Below, piece after piece: positions 38,461 to 47,220 of a stretch of DNA of 64,000 nucleotides. The DNA is from Clostridiales bacterium. GTDB lineage: Bacteria; Bacillota; Clostridia; Saccharofermentanales; DTU023. The notes below the pieces were generated by a model that worked only from the letters and a program-made list of their open reading frames with translations, ran no database searches and was not told the DNA's origin. The stretch covers positions 132,925 through 196,924 of the forward strand of contig SFGY01000007.1 in the NCBI GenBank assembly GCA_004556455.1. The letters run 5' to 3'. The position numbers and the translations under genes were made by a program. The first letter of the stretch is position 1. Each line of letters opens with the position of its first letter.

Positions 38461-40461
38461 ATGAGAGAAGAACTTTGGCGCGCTTCCGCGGAGCGCCGCG
38501 AAAAATCGCAGATGATGGCCTTCATGAAGCAGCTGAAAGCCCGGCACGGACTGGAGTTTGAGGATTACCGCGAACTTCACGATTGGAGTATTAAAGAGCC
38601 TGAACTCTTCTGGGACGAGCTCTGGAAGTTCTTTGAGATTAAAACCTCCAGACCTTACGACAAAGTTGTCGACGATCTCCACAAATTTCCCGGAGCGGAG
38701 TGGTTCCCCGGGGCCATGCTGAACTACACGGAGAATATGCTGCGCGAACGCAAAGGAGATGAACCCGCCCTCATCTTCCGCGGTGAAGATTCCGAGCGCC
38801 GCGTCATTTCCTGGAGCGAACTGCGCTCCCAGGTTTTCCGCATCGCCGAAGCCCTGCGCGCCGAAGGTCTGAAAGCCGGCGATACTGTGGCCGCTTATAT
38901 GCCCAACCTCCCCGAAACCATCATCGCTATGCTCGCCGCAGCCGCAGTCGGCGTGGTCTGGTGCTCCTGCGCCACGGATATCGGCCCTCAGGCCGCCACG
39001 GATCGTCTCGGTCAGGTCGAGCCCAGGGTGCTCTTTACGACCGACGCCTACTACTACAAAGGAAAAACTTTTGATGTCTCCGCCAAGGCAGCCCAGCTCG
39101 CCCAGAATATGCCGAGCGTGAAACGCGTGGTTTACACCCATTACGCCGGAGATGTGGATGCTGCCGTCGCTGCCACCCCCAACGCCCTGTGCTGGGAGGC
39201 TTTCCTCGAACGTGGTGATGAGAGTCGCTTCCGCTACGAGCAGGTTCCCGCCTCCCATCCGCTGGTCGTCATGTTCTCCTCCGGAACCACCGGCAAGCCC
39301 AAGTGCATGGTGCAGTCGCACGCTGGCCTGCTCATCAACCAGCTGAAAGAAGTCGTTTTGCATCATGACATCAGCGAAAAAGACCGCATGCTCTACATCA
39401 CGACCTGCTCCTGGATGATGTGGAACTGGATGCTCTCCGCCCTGGGCGCGGGCTGCTCCCTTGTCCTTTACGACGGCAACCCCTCCTGGCCCGAAACGGC
39501 GGCCATCTGGAAAATCCTTGAAGAAGAAGCCGTCACCTGCTTTGGTCTCTCCGCTTCGTACATTCACGCCCTCATGGCCGAAGATTTTGTGCCGAAAGAT
39601 CACGCCGATCTCAAATCTCTGCGCTGCATCTCCCAGACCGGCTCAGCCCTCTCCGACGCGGGTTTCCACTTTGTCTACGACAAGATCAAAAAAGACCTGC
39701 ACTTTTCCTCCATTGCCGGTGGGACGGATATCAACGGCTGCTTTAATATCGGCAACCCGCTGAACCCTGTTTACAGCAACGAACTGCAGGGCCCGGGCCT
39801 GGGCGAAGCCGTCTTTGCCTATAACGACAAGGGCGAGCGCGTTTACGACGAACAGGGCGAACTCGTCTGTGAGTTGCCCATTCCCGCCATGCCGCTCTAC
39901 TTCTGGAACGACCCCGAGGGCAAACGCTATCACGCGGCCTATTTTGAGGTTTATCCCGGCGTCTGGCGTCACGGCGACTACATTGAAATGCACAGCGATA
40001 CCGGCGGTGTCACCTACTACGGTCGCTCCGACTCCGTCCTGAAACCCTCCGGCGTGCGTATCGGCACCTCCGAAATTTACGCTCAGGTGCAGAAAGTCGA
40101 CGCCGTGCTCGACAGCCTCGCCATCGGCCAGCAGTACCACGACGACCAGCGCGTGCTCCTCTTTGTTCAGATGAAGGAAGGCCGGAGCCTCAGCCCCGAG
40201 ATTGCCAAAGAGATTCGCACAACCCTGCGCAAAAATGCCTCGCCGCGCCACGTTCCTGCGGTCATTCTCGAAGTCAGCGACATTCCCCGGACCCTGAACG
40301 GCAAAATTGTCGAAAGCGCCGTCACCAACATCGTCAATCACCGTAAAGTCACCAATCGCGACGCCCTGCAGAATCCGCAGAGCCTCGACGAATACGAAAC
40401 GCTGCTGCCGCTTCTGGAAGATAAAGGCAGCGAAGCCGAGCGTGAGGCCAGGCTCTTCTGA
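38461..40461 (+). CDS. aacS: Acetoacetate--CoA ligase (acetoacetyl-CoA synthetase, AMP/PPi-forming)
   Basis: 666 aa. LWRASAERREKSQMMAFMKQLKARHGLEFEDYRELHDWSIKEPELFWDELWKFF is the characteristic AacS N-terminus. AMP-binding motif FSSGTTGKPKCMV. Confidence 0.85.
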   Translation: MREELWRASAERREKSQMMAFMKQLKARHGLEFEDYRELHDWSIKEPELFWDELWKFFEIKTSRPYDKVVDDLHKFPGAEWFPGAMLNYTENMLRERKGDEPALIFRGEDSERRVISWSELRSQVFRIAEALRAEGLKAGDTVAAYMPNLPETIIAMLAAAAVGVVWCSCATDIGPQAATDRLGQVEPRVLFTTDAYYYKGKTFDVSAKAAQLAQNMPSVKRVVYTHYAGDVDAAVAATPNALCWEAFLERGDESRFRYEQVPASHPLVVMFSSGTTGKPKCMVQSHAGLLINQLKEVVLHHDISEKDRMLYITTCSWMMWNWMLSALGAGCSLVLYDGNPSWPETAAIWKILEEEAVTCFGLSASYIHALMAEDFVPKDHADLKSLRCISQTGSALSDAGFHFVYDKIKKDLHFSSIAGGTDINGCFNIGNPLNPVYSNELQGPGLGEAVFAYNDKGERVYDEQGELVCELPIPAMPLYFWNDPEGKRYHAAYFEVYPGVWRHGDYIEMHSDTGGVTYYGRSDSVLKPSGVRIGTSEIYAQVQKVDAVLDSLAIGQQYHDDQRVLLFVQMKEGRSLSPEIAKEIRTTLRKNASPRHVPAVILEVSDIPRTLNGKIVESAVTNIVNHRKVTNRDALQNPQSLDEYETLLPLLEDKGSEAEREARLF

Positions 40462-40639
40462 GCCAAAGCCGCAGTGGCTCTGTGGAGTGAGCGCTTTCAG
40501 TGATCATGCCCAATAGGTTCCAGCCTGTGGCCTTATAGCCAGAACCGAGGACTTGATCTGCGGAGAAAACGCTTTCAGCGATTATTACTGACGGGAAAAA
40601 ATATGCGGCAACATTCAATGCCGTTTGTCCGCATCTGAG

Positions 40640-40753
40640 TGTTATAATGGCGCGTGATAGGCTTGTGCAGTGGTAATGCGCCAGCTTCCGCGCCGACCTC
40701 AGTGCCGGCGGGACCAGAATGCGCCCTGACAAGATCATGTCGGGCGCATTTTT
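40640..40753 (+). promoter_or_regulatory. Extended -10 promoter plus attenuator-like leader upstream of hppA
   Basis: TGT-TATAAT at 40640-40648. GGCGCG (40649) can pair with AATGCGCC (40675-40682). A second AATGCGCCC (40718-40726) pairs with GGGCGCATT (40742-40750), followed by TTTTT. Confidence 0.5.
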
Positions 40754-40852
40754 GTGTGAGTCGGTCGTGCTGCAACTGTACAAACCGCCTTGTTTTTTCC
40801 ACCAGCTCGGCAGAAAAGCCGAAGCTAATCAGTAGAATAGGATGATGTATAA

Positions 40853-42970
40853 ATGAGTACCATGATTCTCTTCGGCGTCGTGGCCCTGACCCTGCTTTAT
40901 GTGGTTTCAGAGGTCCTGTCCATCAAGAAGATGGACGAAGGTACGCCCGAAATGAAAGAACTTGCCGGGATAATCCGTTCCGGGGCTGATGCCTTTCTTA
41001 AAACGGAATACAAAATGATCACGCTGGTTGTCGTCGTACTGGCTCTGGTCTTTTCCTGCTTTATCGAACGCTGGAGCGGGCTCAGCTTTCTCTTAGGCGC
41101 AACCATGAGCAGCTGCGCCTGCATCCTTGGCATGATCAGCGCGACCTATGCCAACGTGCGGACCTCCAATGCCGCCAGAACCACCCTGAACATCGGCGAA
41201 ACAGTGCGCGTCGCCATGCGCGGCGGCAGCATCAGCGGCCTCTCCGTTCAGGCCTTTGGTCTGTTCGGCGTACTTCTGCTCTTTGTCATTCGCGGCGGCG
41301 TCGATCCCGAAGCCACCAGCAGTGGCCTTCTTGTCAGCCTGCCCTGCAATCCTGATCTCATGATCATTGCCACCTATTCGCTCGGCTGCTCCGTGGTCGC
41401 CATGTTTAACCGCGTGGCCGGTGGAAACTATACCAAGGCCGCCGATATCTCTTCCGACATTCTGGCCAAAATCCGCCACGATCTTCCTGAAGATGACAGC
41501 CGCGTCCCCAACGTTATCGCAGACTTCATCGGCGACAACGTCAACGATATCGCCGGCAACTGCAGCGACCTGCTGGAAAGCTTTGTCGCAACAATTTCCG
41601 CCAGCTTCATGATCGCCGTGGGCATCTATCGCGGAAACGAGGCGCTCATCCCCTTTGAGACCTTCAACGCGACCATTCTTTTCCCCATTCTGCTCGCGGG
41701 CGGCGGCCTTCTCAGCTGCCTCATCGGTATGTTTGTCGGCACTCACCGCAAACTCAGCAACAATCCTTCCCGTGACCTCGACATGGCGAACTGGATTTCT
41801 TCCGGCCTGACGATCCTCTTTGGTCTCTGTTCCTCTTACTTCGTTTTCAATAACGAAAAACTCTACGACAGCTTCAAGATCGGCTGGCTCAGCCCCTGGA
41901 TTTCTGCCGTTTTAGGCATTCTCAGCGGCGTCGCCATCGGTGTGATCACCGAGTACTACACGAGCACCGACTTTAAGCCGACCCGTGAGCTGGCCCGCAT
42001 CGCTCCTGAAGGCGATGCCTTTATCGTCACCAAGGGCGACGCCATCGGCTCTCGCTCCTGCCTCCTGCCCATCGTCGTCATCGGCGTGGCGCTCTTCATT
42101 TCCGGCAAACTCTGCGGAACTTACGGCCTGGCCGTTTCCGCTCTGGGCATGCTCTCCTTTGTCGGCGCGACCGTCTCCATCGACGCCTTTGGCCCGATCT
42201 CCGATAACGCCGGCGGCATCGCCGAATCCGCTCATTTGCCCGCCGAAGTGCGTGTCATTACCGATAAGCTCGACGCTGTCGGCAACACGACCGCTGCCAT
42301 CGGCAAAGGCTTCGCCATCGGTTCCGCCGCTTTCGCCACCGTCTCCCTGATCGTGGCTTATGTCGGCAGCTACACACCGCTGGGAGCTGAACCCGTCCTG
42401 AACTTCGCCTCCTTCGTCGTCATTGCCGGCGGCATTATAGGCGGTGCTCTGATCGAATACTTCTGTGCCATTCTCACCGACAATACCATTGAATCTGCCA
42501 AGCTGATGGCCGATGAAGGCGACAAACAGATGTCTGTCCCCGGCGTACTCGAAGGCACCAAACACGCCGATTACAACACAATGATCACCCTCGCAGCCCA
42601 GCAGGCTCTCAAGAAAATGCTGGCCCCTTCGCTGCTGGCTCTGACCATCCCGCTCCTCGGCGGCATCCTCTTCGGCGTCGAATTTGTCGGCGGCCTCCTT
42701 CTGGGCGCGACCATCGTCGCCATTCCGCGGGCTATCTTCATGGGTAACTCCGGCGGCGCCTTCGACAATGCCAAGAAGTATATCGAATCCGGCGAACTCG
42801 AAGGCCACGGCAAAGGCAGCCCGGCGCACAAAGCCTCCGTTACCGGCGATACCATCGGCGACACCCGCAAAGACGTCGTGGGCGTGGCTCTCGACATTTT
42901 CATCAAGATGATGTCGACCGTCGCCAACACCCTCGCCCCGATCTTCGCCCGCATCAGCCTGATGAAATAA
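40853..42970 (+). CDS. hppA: Membrane-integral ion-translocating pyrophosphatase (K+-dependent-type GNTTAA signature)
   Basis: 705 aa and about 16 TM segments. NYTKAADISSDILAKI, PEDDSRVPNVIADFIGDNVNDIAG...DLLESF, DAVGNTTAAIGKGFAIGSAA, GGAFDNAKKYIE, VTGDTIGDTRKD. Confidence 0.9.
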   Translation: MSTMILFGVVALTLLYVVSEVLSIKKMDEGTPEMKELAGIIRSGADAFLKTEYKMITLVVVVLALVFSCFIERWSGLSFLLGATMSSCACILGMISATYANVRTSNAARTTLNIGETVRVAMRGGSISGLSVQAFGLFGVLLLFVIRGGVDPEATSSGLLVSLPCNPDLMIIATYSLGCSVVAMFNRVAGGNYTKAADISSDILAKIRHDLPEDDSRVPNVIADFIGDNVNDIAGNCSDLLESFVATISASFMIAVGIYRGNEALIPFETFNATILFPILLAGGGLLSCLIGMFVGTHRKLSNNPSRDLDMANWISSGLTILFGLCSSYFVFNNEKLYDSFKIGWLSPWISAVLGILSGVAIGVITEYYTSTDFKPTRELARIAPEGDAFIVTKGDAIGSRSCLLPIVVIGVALFISGKLCGTYGLAVSALGMLSFVGATVSIDAFGPISDNAGGIAESAHLPAEVRVITDKLDAVGNTTAAIGKGFAIGSAAFATVSLIVAYVGSYTPLGAEPVLNFASFVVIAGGIIGGALIEYFCAILTDNTIESAKLMADEGDKQMSVPGVLEGTKHADYNTMITLAAQQALKKMLAPSLLALTIPLLGGILFGVEFVGGLLLGATIVAIPRAIFMGNSGGAFDNAKKYIESGELEGHGKGSPAHKASVTGDTIGDTRKDVVGVALDIFIKMMSTVANTLAPIFARISLMK

Positions 42971-42992
42971 ACATCGGCGGCTTCACAGCAAT

Positions 42993-43030
42993 AAAGGGGA
43001 CCATCTCCAAAAGAGATGGCCTCCTTTTTA
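42993..43030. terminator. Bidirectional terminator between convergent hppA and the tryptophanase-family gene
   Basis: AAAGGGGACCATCTC-caaaa-GAGATGGCCTCCTTTTT, with an A-run and a T-run on the two sides. Confidence 0.6.
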
Positions 43031-43120
43031 AGTTTCGTGAGCTTTCGCGATCAGTCCATGTCGCTCTGTCTTTGCCACTCAGTCCTGCTCACACAGCCCT
43101 GGTCAAACAGCCTTTGTCGC

Positions 43121-44758
43121 TCAATCCTTATTCGGATAAGGTTCCAGGAAGGCGTGGAAGTGGCGCATGGGCAGATTGCGGCCCCAGGTAATGCGCATGT
43201 TCGGGATATTTTCGCGATCTTCATAGAGCGCTTTTACCGCCGCGATCACATAATCCAGGTGCTCTCTGGAAAGCTGGCTGCGGTTGATGCAGAGGCGCAC
43301 GACATTGCAGATTTCGGCCTGCTGTTCGGGCGTCTTGAGGTCGTATTCCATGGAAAAATCTCCCAGTTCCGCCACACGAATGCCATAGCGGCGAATCATC
43401 TCCAGCGAAAAGCCCTGGCCCGCAAATTTTTCGTGCGAGCGTTTGCCGTCAAAAAATTCATCCATATGGATATAGACGGCGTGGCCTCCGGCAGGAATAA
43501 CGACCCCCTTGACGCCTGCCCTGTACAGACCTTCGGCGAGATACTCGCACTGGCGCACGCGCTCGTCCTGATAATCGAAGCGGCACTCTTCATAGAGCCC
43601 AGCGGCCAGAGCCATGATATCGTGACCGGACATGCCGCCGTAAGAATCGTTGCCATAGCAGGAAATCTGTTTGACCTTGATGAGAACGCCGACGTCTGTC
43701 TTGACGCTGCCATCCGGATTGAAATCAGAGAACTTCCGCCAGAAACGCCCACGATCGCGGAAGGCCAGCATACCGCCCATATTGCAATGGCCGTTTTTCT
43801 TGGCGGACATGGTGAAGCCATCGCAATACGAGAACATCTCGGTGGCGATCTCAGCGATGGACTTGTCGGCGTAGCCTTCCTCGTTCATTTTGATGAAGTA
43901 GCAGTCTTCAGCCCAGCGGGCGACATCGAACATAAAGGGAATATCGTATTTCTCGGCCACCTTCGCTGTTTCGCGGATGGATCTCATGGAAACAGCCTGC
44001 CCGCAGACGGTGTTATTGGTGATCGTCGTGTAAATAAGCGGGACATTCTCGGGGCCGACCTTCTCAATGAGTTCGACAAGCTTCGGGATGTCCATATCGC
44101 CCTTGAAAGGATTCTTCTCATAATGGCCGCCTTCCGGCACTTCCCAGAGCAGTTCCTGATGATAGAGATTGCGGGGAATCGACCCCATCTGCTTGATATT
44201 GCCTTCGGTGGTGTCGAAATGGCCATTGGAAGGGATGGTGTAGACCTTGCCTGGCGTGCGCTTATTGAGAATATTGCGCACAATCTCGAAGAGCACAGAT
44301 TCAGCCGCACGTCCCTGCTGGAGGATAAAGGTATTGGGTCTTTCCATCTGAGCCGCGCCTCCATTGAACAGGCCGCCCTCCTCCTCATACAGATAAAGCC
44401 TGTCCATGAGCAGGTCGATGTCCTGGCAGTCCGTGCGGAGCAGGTCGAGGCCCCGATGCCAGTTCTTCTCCCCTCCGCGTTCAAAAATATCGCGGAACGC
44501 ATCGAGCAGCACATAATAGCCCTTGTTTCGACCATAGGACTCATCGCCCAGGAAGAGCGAAGACCACTGCTGGTCGGTCATGGCCGTCGTACCTGAGTCC
44601 GAGAGCATATCGACCGTCAGCAGCCCTGCCGGGAAAGCAAATTCATTATAATGCGTCGCTTTAAGGGCGCGTTCACGCTGTTCCAGCGTCACACGGGGAA
44701 TATTGCGTTTCACATAGCTGAGTGAACGTGGCGTTGGGACATTTAAGGGATATTCCAT
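43121..44758 (-). CDS. tnaA: Tryptophanase / tyrosine phenol-lyase family beta-eliminating lyase (long form)
   Basis: 545 aa. DMLSDSGTTAMTDQQWSSLFLGDESY, and the PLP-lysine motif FTMSAKKNGHCNMGGMLAFRD (compare E. coli TnaA SAKKD...MGG). Trp versus Tyr specificity is not resolved by eye. Confidence 0.8.
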   Translation of the reverse strand: MEYPLNVPTPRSLSYVKRNIPRVTLEQRERALKATHYNEFAFPAGLLTVDMLSDSGTTAMTDQQWSSLFLGDESYGRNKGYYVLLDAFRDIFERGGEKNWHRGLDLLRTDCQDIDLLMDRLYLYEEEGGLFNGGAAQMERPNTFILQQGRAAESVLFEIVRNILNKRTPGKVYTIPSNGHFDTTEGNIKQMGSIPRNLYHQELLWEVPEGGHYEKNPFKGDMDIPKLVELIEKVGPENVPLIYTTITNNTVCGQAVSMRSIRETAKVAEKYDIPFMFDVARWAEDCYFIKMNEEGYADKSIAEIATEMFSYCDGFTMSAKKNGHCNMGGMLAFRDRGRFWRKFSDFNPDGSVKTDVGVLIKVKQISCYGNDSYGGMSGHDIMALAAGLYEECRFDYQDERVRQCEYLAEGLYRAGVKGVVIPAGGHAVYIHMDEFFDGKRSHEKFAGQGFSLEMIRRYGIRVAELGDFSMEYDLKTPEQQAEICNVVRLCINRSQLSREHLDYVIAAVKALYEDRENIPNMRITWGRNLPMRHFHAFLEPYPNKD

Positions 44759-45150
44759 CTTGAGCCTCCAAAAAGAATATGCTGCTGTGCAGGTTGAAAA
44801 AGACTGACATCACGATCATAAAACAAAGGAAAACAAGAAGCAAAAGCCTATGCAAAGCAAAAGCAAACGCGGAAAAAGATTCAGAGCAAACTCCTGCTCA
44901 GTGAAAATACCCTGGCCCTACCATCGACTATTTCCATATGATGCCTCTGATATCCTGCTGCGCTTCCGGGAGGACGATCAGCCTATATACATCCGACATA
45001 GTGATCTATAATCTACTGCTTTAATTCTGATCTTATAAATGATGGGAACAAAAGATATTTATGTTGGCAGTGCTGGGCGTTTACACACGATCAAGGTAAG
45101 CTCTAAAATGGAAAGGTCAAGCCATAAAGAATGTTCTTTGCGTTGCTTGT

Positions 45151-45216
45151 GCGACTTAAATGAGACTTGAATCTGACTTGAACACGACTTAGATCTGGCT
45201 TGAATCCTTGAAGATA
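45151..45216. repeat. Five to six phased 11-bp direct repeats (nnGACTTGAAy) upstream of a lipoprotein gene
   Basis: gcGACTTAAAt gaGACTTGAAt ctGACTTGAAc acGACTTAGAt ctGGCTTGAAt ccTTGAAGAta, with a strict 11-bp period, 57-122 nt upstream of ATG 45273. Confidence 0.75.
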
Positions 45217-45272
45217 AGAAAAGCGCCGCGCTGCAAGTTTCACCCTATTGATTTGCTTAAGAGAAGGACTCG

Positions 45273-45923
45273 ATGAAAATGAACCCTATTTCTCTAAGAT
45301 TAAAGAGACTTCTGCTTCTTGGCCTGTTTCTTAGCTTGCTCGGACTGTCATTAAGTGCTTGCTCAGGTGGGGCTGCAAAAAAGGGCGAAGAAATCCTGAA
45401 AACATGTGGCTACAGCCCTTTCGAGGTATCTACAGACAGTGTAGGGACGGGCGCTCAAGGGACTATCATCCTCTATGAAAAAGACAAAGATTTGCTGGGA
45501 ATAAGGATTGTATCGACGGTTCGTGTGGCTCCAAAGGACTGGGGCGGCGTGGCTTTTTACCTGCCGAAAGGTTCAAACCTGGAGCATGTTTTATGTACAT
45601 ACCCGGAAAATGGCGAAGTGCAGGAACCTGATCCAGTAGCCGTGTGGAAAAGCGAGAATTCTCATGGAGACTTCAATTTGATGCTTGAAATTGATCGACA
45701 TCACGATCGGAAAGCAAGAGGTGGCGGCAAGGGCACTGTCGTCATCGAAGCCACCTGCCGAAATGAAACTGAAGGTTCAGACGGTCCCTCTTCCCTTAAA
45801 TTTGCCGTTGACTGCGGAGCCAGCTTTAAAAAAGGGCAGTCGATCATGGGGTTAGCTCATCGTGAGATCGTCGTGGATATAAAGAGAACGGAAAAACCCC
45901 GCCCGGCACAAAGCGAACCTTAA
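45273..45923 (+). CDS. Lipoprotein, function unknown
   Basis: Signal peptide plus lipobox LGLSLSACSGG. 216 aa with no recognisable domain. Confidence 0.7.
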   Translation: MKMNPISLRLKRLLLLGLFLSLLGLSLSACSGGAAKKGEEILKTCGYSPFEVSTDSVGTGAQGTIILYEKDKDLLGIRIVSTVRVAPKDWGGVAFYLPKGSNLEHVLCTYPENGEVQEPDPVAVWKSENSHGDFNLMLEIDRHHDRKARGGGKGTVVIEATCRNETEGSDGPSSLKFAVDCGASFKKGQSIMGLAHREIVVDIKRTEKPRPAQSEP

Positions 45924-46164
45924 AACCGCCCATGGCCACCGAAAAACGAACCTTAGAAAGTTCAAATACCCGCTTGAAGACTTCCGTTCTTTCGGCTAAA
46001 CTAAACTCACACTTTAATTCTGCCGAAAAAATCGGTGTTTTAGTCAAATCATTCAAGTGATAGATCATGTATCGAGATAGTGGCTTGCTCTCATTTCGGA
46101 TTTTCAGAATTTTAGACAAAATTTCGAGTAATGGACGGTTATCCTAAGCAAACTATGGCTTAAA

Positions 46165-46303
46165 CCATCCACACCTTGATAACTTGCACGCGAAACCCAT
46201 CCACTACTTAGTTTCTTGCACGCTGGCCCATCCACTACTTGCTAAGTTGCACGAAAAACAGAAAAACCAAAGGAAAACCATCCATTAGTTGCTACGTTGT
46301 ACG
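46165..46303. repeat. Four iteron-like 26-bp direct repeats CCATCCAyyAsTTGnTAnsTTGyACG
   Basis: Copies at 46165-46190, 46197-46222, 46228-46253 and 46278-46303, with spacing 32, 31 and 50 bp. The DNA is non-coding and lies between convergent genes. Confidence 0.75.
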
Positions 46304-46426
46304 AAAAAAGGTTGGTCACCTTTTCTGAAAAGCCTGTCCAAATAGGCTTCTTTCGCACCGACAGAAATATTGCCCTGCTTTATCCTTCTCACCAGATCAC
46401 CCTTCGCAGCTGCATCCCCAGATGCC

Positions 46427-46473
46427 AAAGGGGCGTCTCTCAAGATTTATCTCTTGCGAGGCGCCCCTTTTTG
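46427..46473. terminator. Strong hairpin terminator between convergent genes
   Basis: AAAGGGGCGTCTC...GAGGCGCCCCTTTTT (10-bp GC-rich stem with one G-U pair). T5 on the plus strand, T3 on the minus strand. Confidence 0.55.
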
Positions 46474-46526
46474 CTTTCAGCTGAAATGAAGCACTGAGTT
46501 AAAACTCAAATTGTAAATGAAACGAC

Positions 46527-47189
46527 TTACTGAACGCTCGGAATCTGCCAGGTGGCGCTATCCGTACTGATATGGACTAAATGCCGTCTCACAAAACCAA
46601 GACGGCGATAATAGTAGAGATCACTGACACCTTCTCCATGAATACTGTGATCGGCGCTGCCTTCTGCAGGGGTAAAGGGAATCTCCAATACCAGCTCCGG
46701 CGTCACAGGATTGGTGGGTGACGCATCCTGCAAATAGCGGTTCCAAAAGGTACGATAATCATCCCAGGCACCATAACGAATCTCGTATCGGACTTTGCGA
46801 GGCTCAGGTTTCTGGATCTGCCAGTTAAAGAACATAGCCGAAGTACTTTGGATGCTGGCATTGCCAACTTGCGTCTCTGCTGGAAAGCTGATGTTGTATT
46901 CAATAAAGGGAAACTGCTTGTTTTTTCCCATCATCACTAAGTTCGGAATGGCAGAATTCTTTTGTACTTCTTCAAGATAACGGACATAGGCGGGAGCCAT
47001 CAGATTGACCGTGTTGATGCGACCTTGCAGAATATACGTATAGTCACTTCCCGCTGGGGCAGACAGGATCTGAAAATCATTCTCAACTTGCACCTGTAAA
47101 TCAATATCCGCAGCATGAACAGGAACGGCCATAAAAAGCAGAGTAAAGCTGAGCAAGGCCAGCAGGGCGAACTTATTCATCTTTTTCAT
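46527..47189 (-). CDS. Secreted protein, function unknown
   Basis: RBS GGAGG. Signal peptide MKKMNKFALLALLSFTLLFMAVPVHAAD. 220 aa with no recognisable domain. Confidence 0.7.
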   Translation of the reverse strand: MKKMNKFALLALLSFTLLFMAVPVHAADIDLQVQVENDFQILSAPAGSDYTYILQGRINTVNLMAPAYVRYLEEVQKNSAIPNLVMMGKNKQFPFIEYNISFPAETQVGNASIQSTSAMFFNWQIQKPEPRKVRYEIRYGAWDDYRTFWNRYLQDASPTNPVTPELVLEIPFTPAEGSADHSIHGEGVSDLYYYRRLGFVRRHLVHISTDSATWQIPSVQ

Positions 47190-47220
47190 AGTCTAACCTC
47201 CATCATTTCGCTGATCATAC

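Noticed and set aside
44928-44999. 23-codon minus-strand ORF MSDVYRLIVLPEAQQDIRGIIWK*, about 170 nt upstream of the tryptophanase-family gene. I considered it as a TnaC-like Trp-sensing leader peptide.
   Set aside because: It lacks the conserved TnaC W-x3-D-x7-P spacing, and the Trp is only two codons from the stop. No Rho-utilisation or terminator logic follows it. The sequence looks instead like the N-terminus of a ParE/RelE toxin (Y-x-L-x4-A-x2-D-I-x2-I), so it is more likely a toxin-gene remnant.
45844-46119. 91-aa minus-strand ORF overlapping the 3' end of the lipoprotein gene.
   Set aside because: It uses a TTG start with no RBS. Its distal third is antisense to a well-supported CDS. 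At most, the proximal part (46119-45925) is a relic of an unidentified gene.
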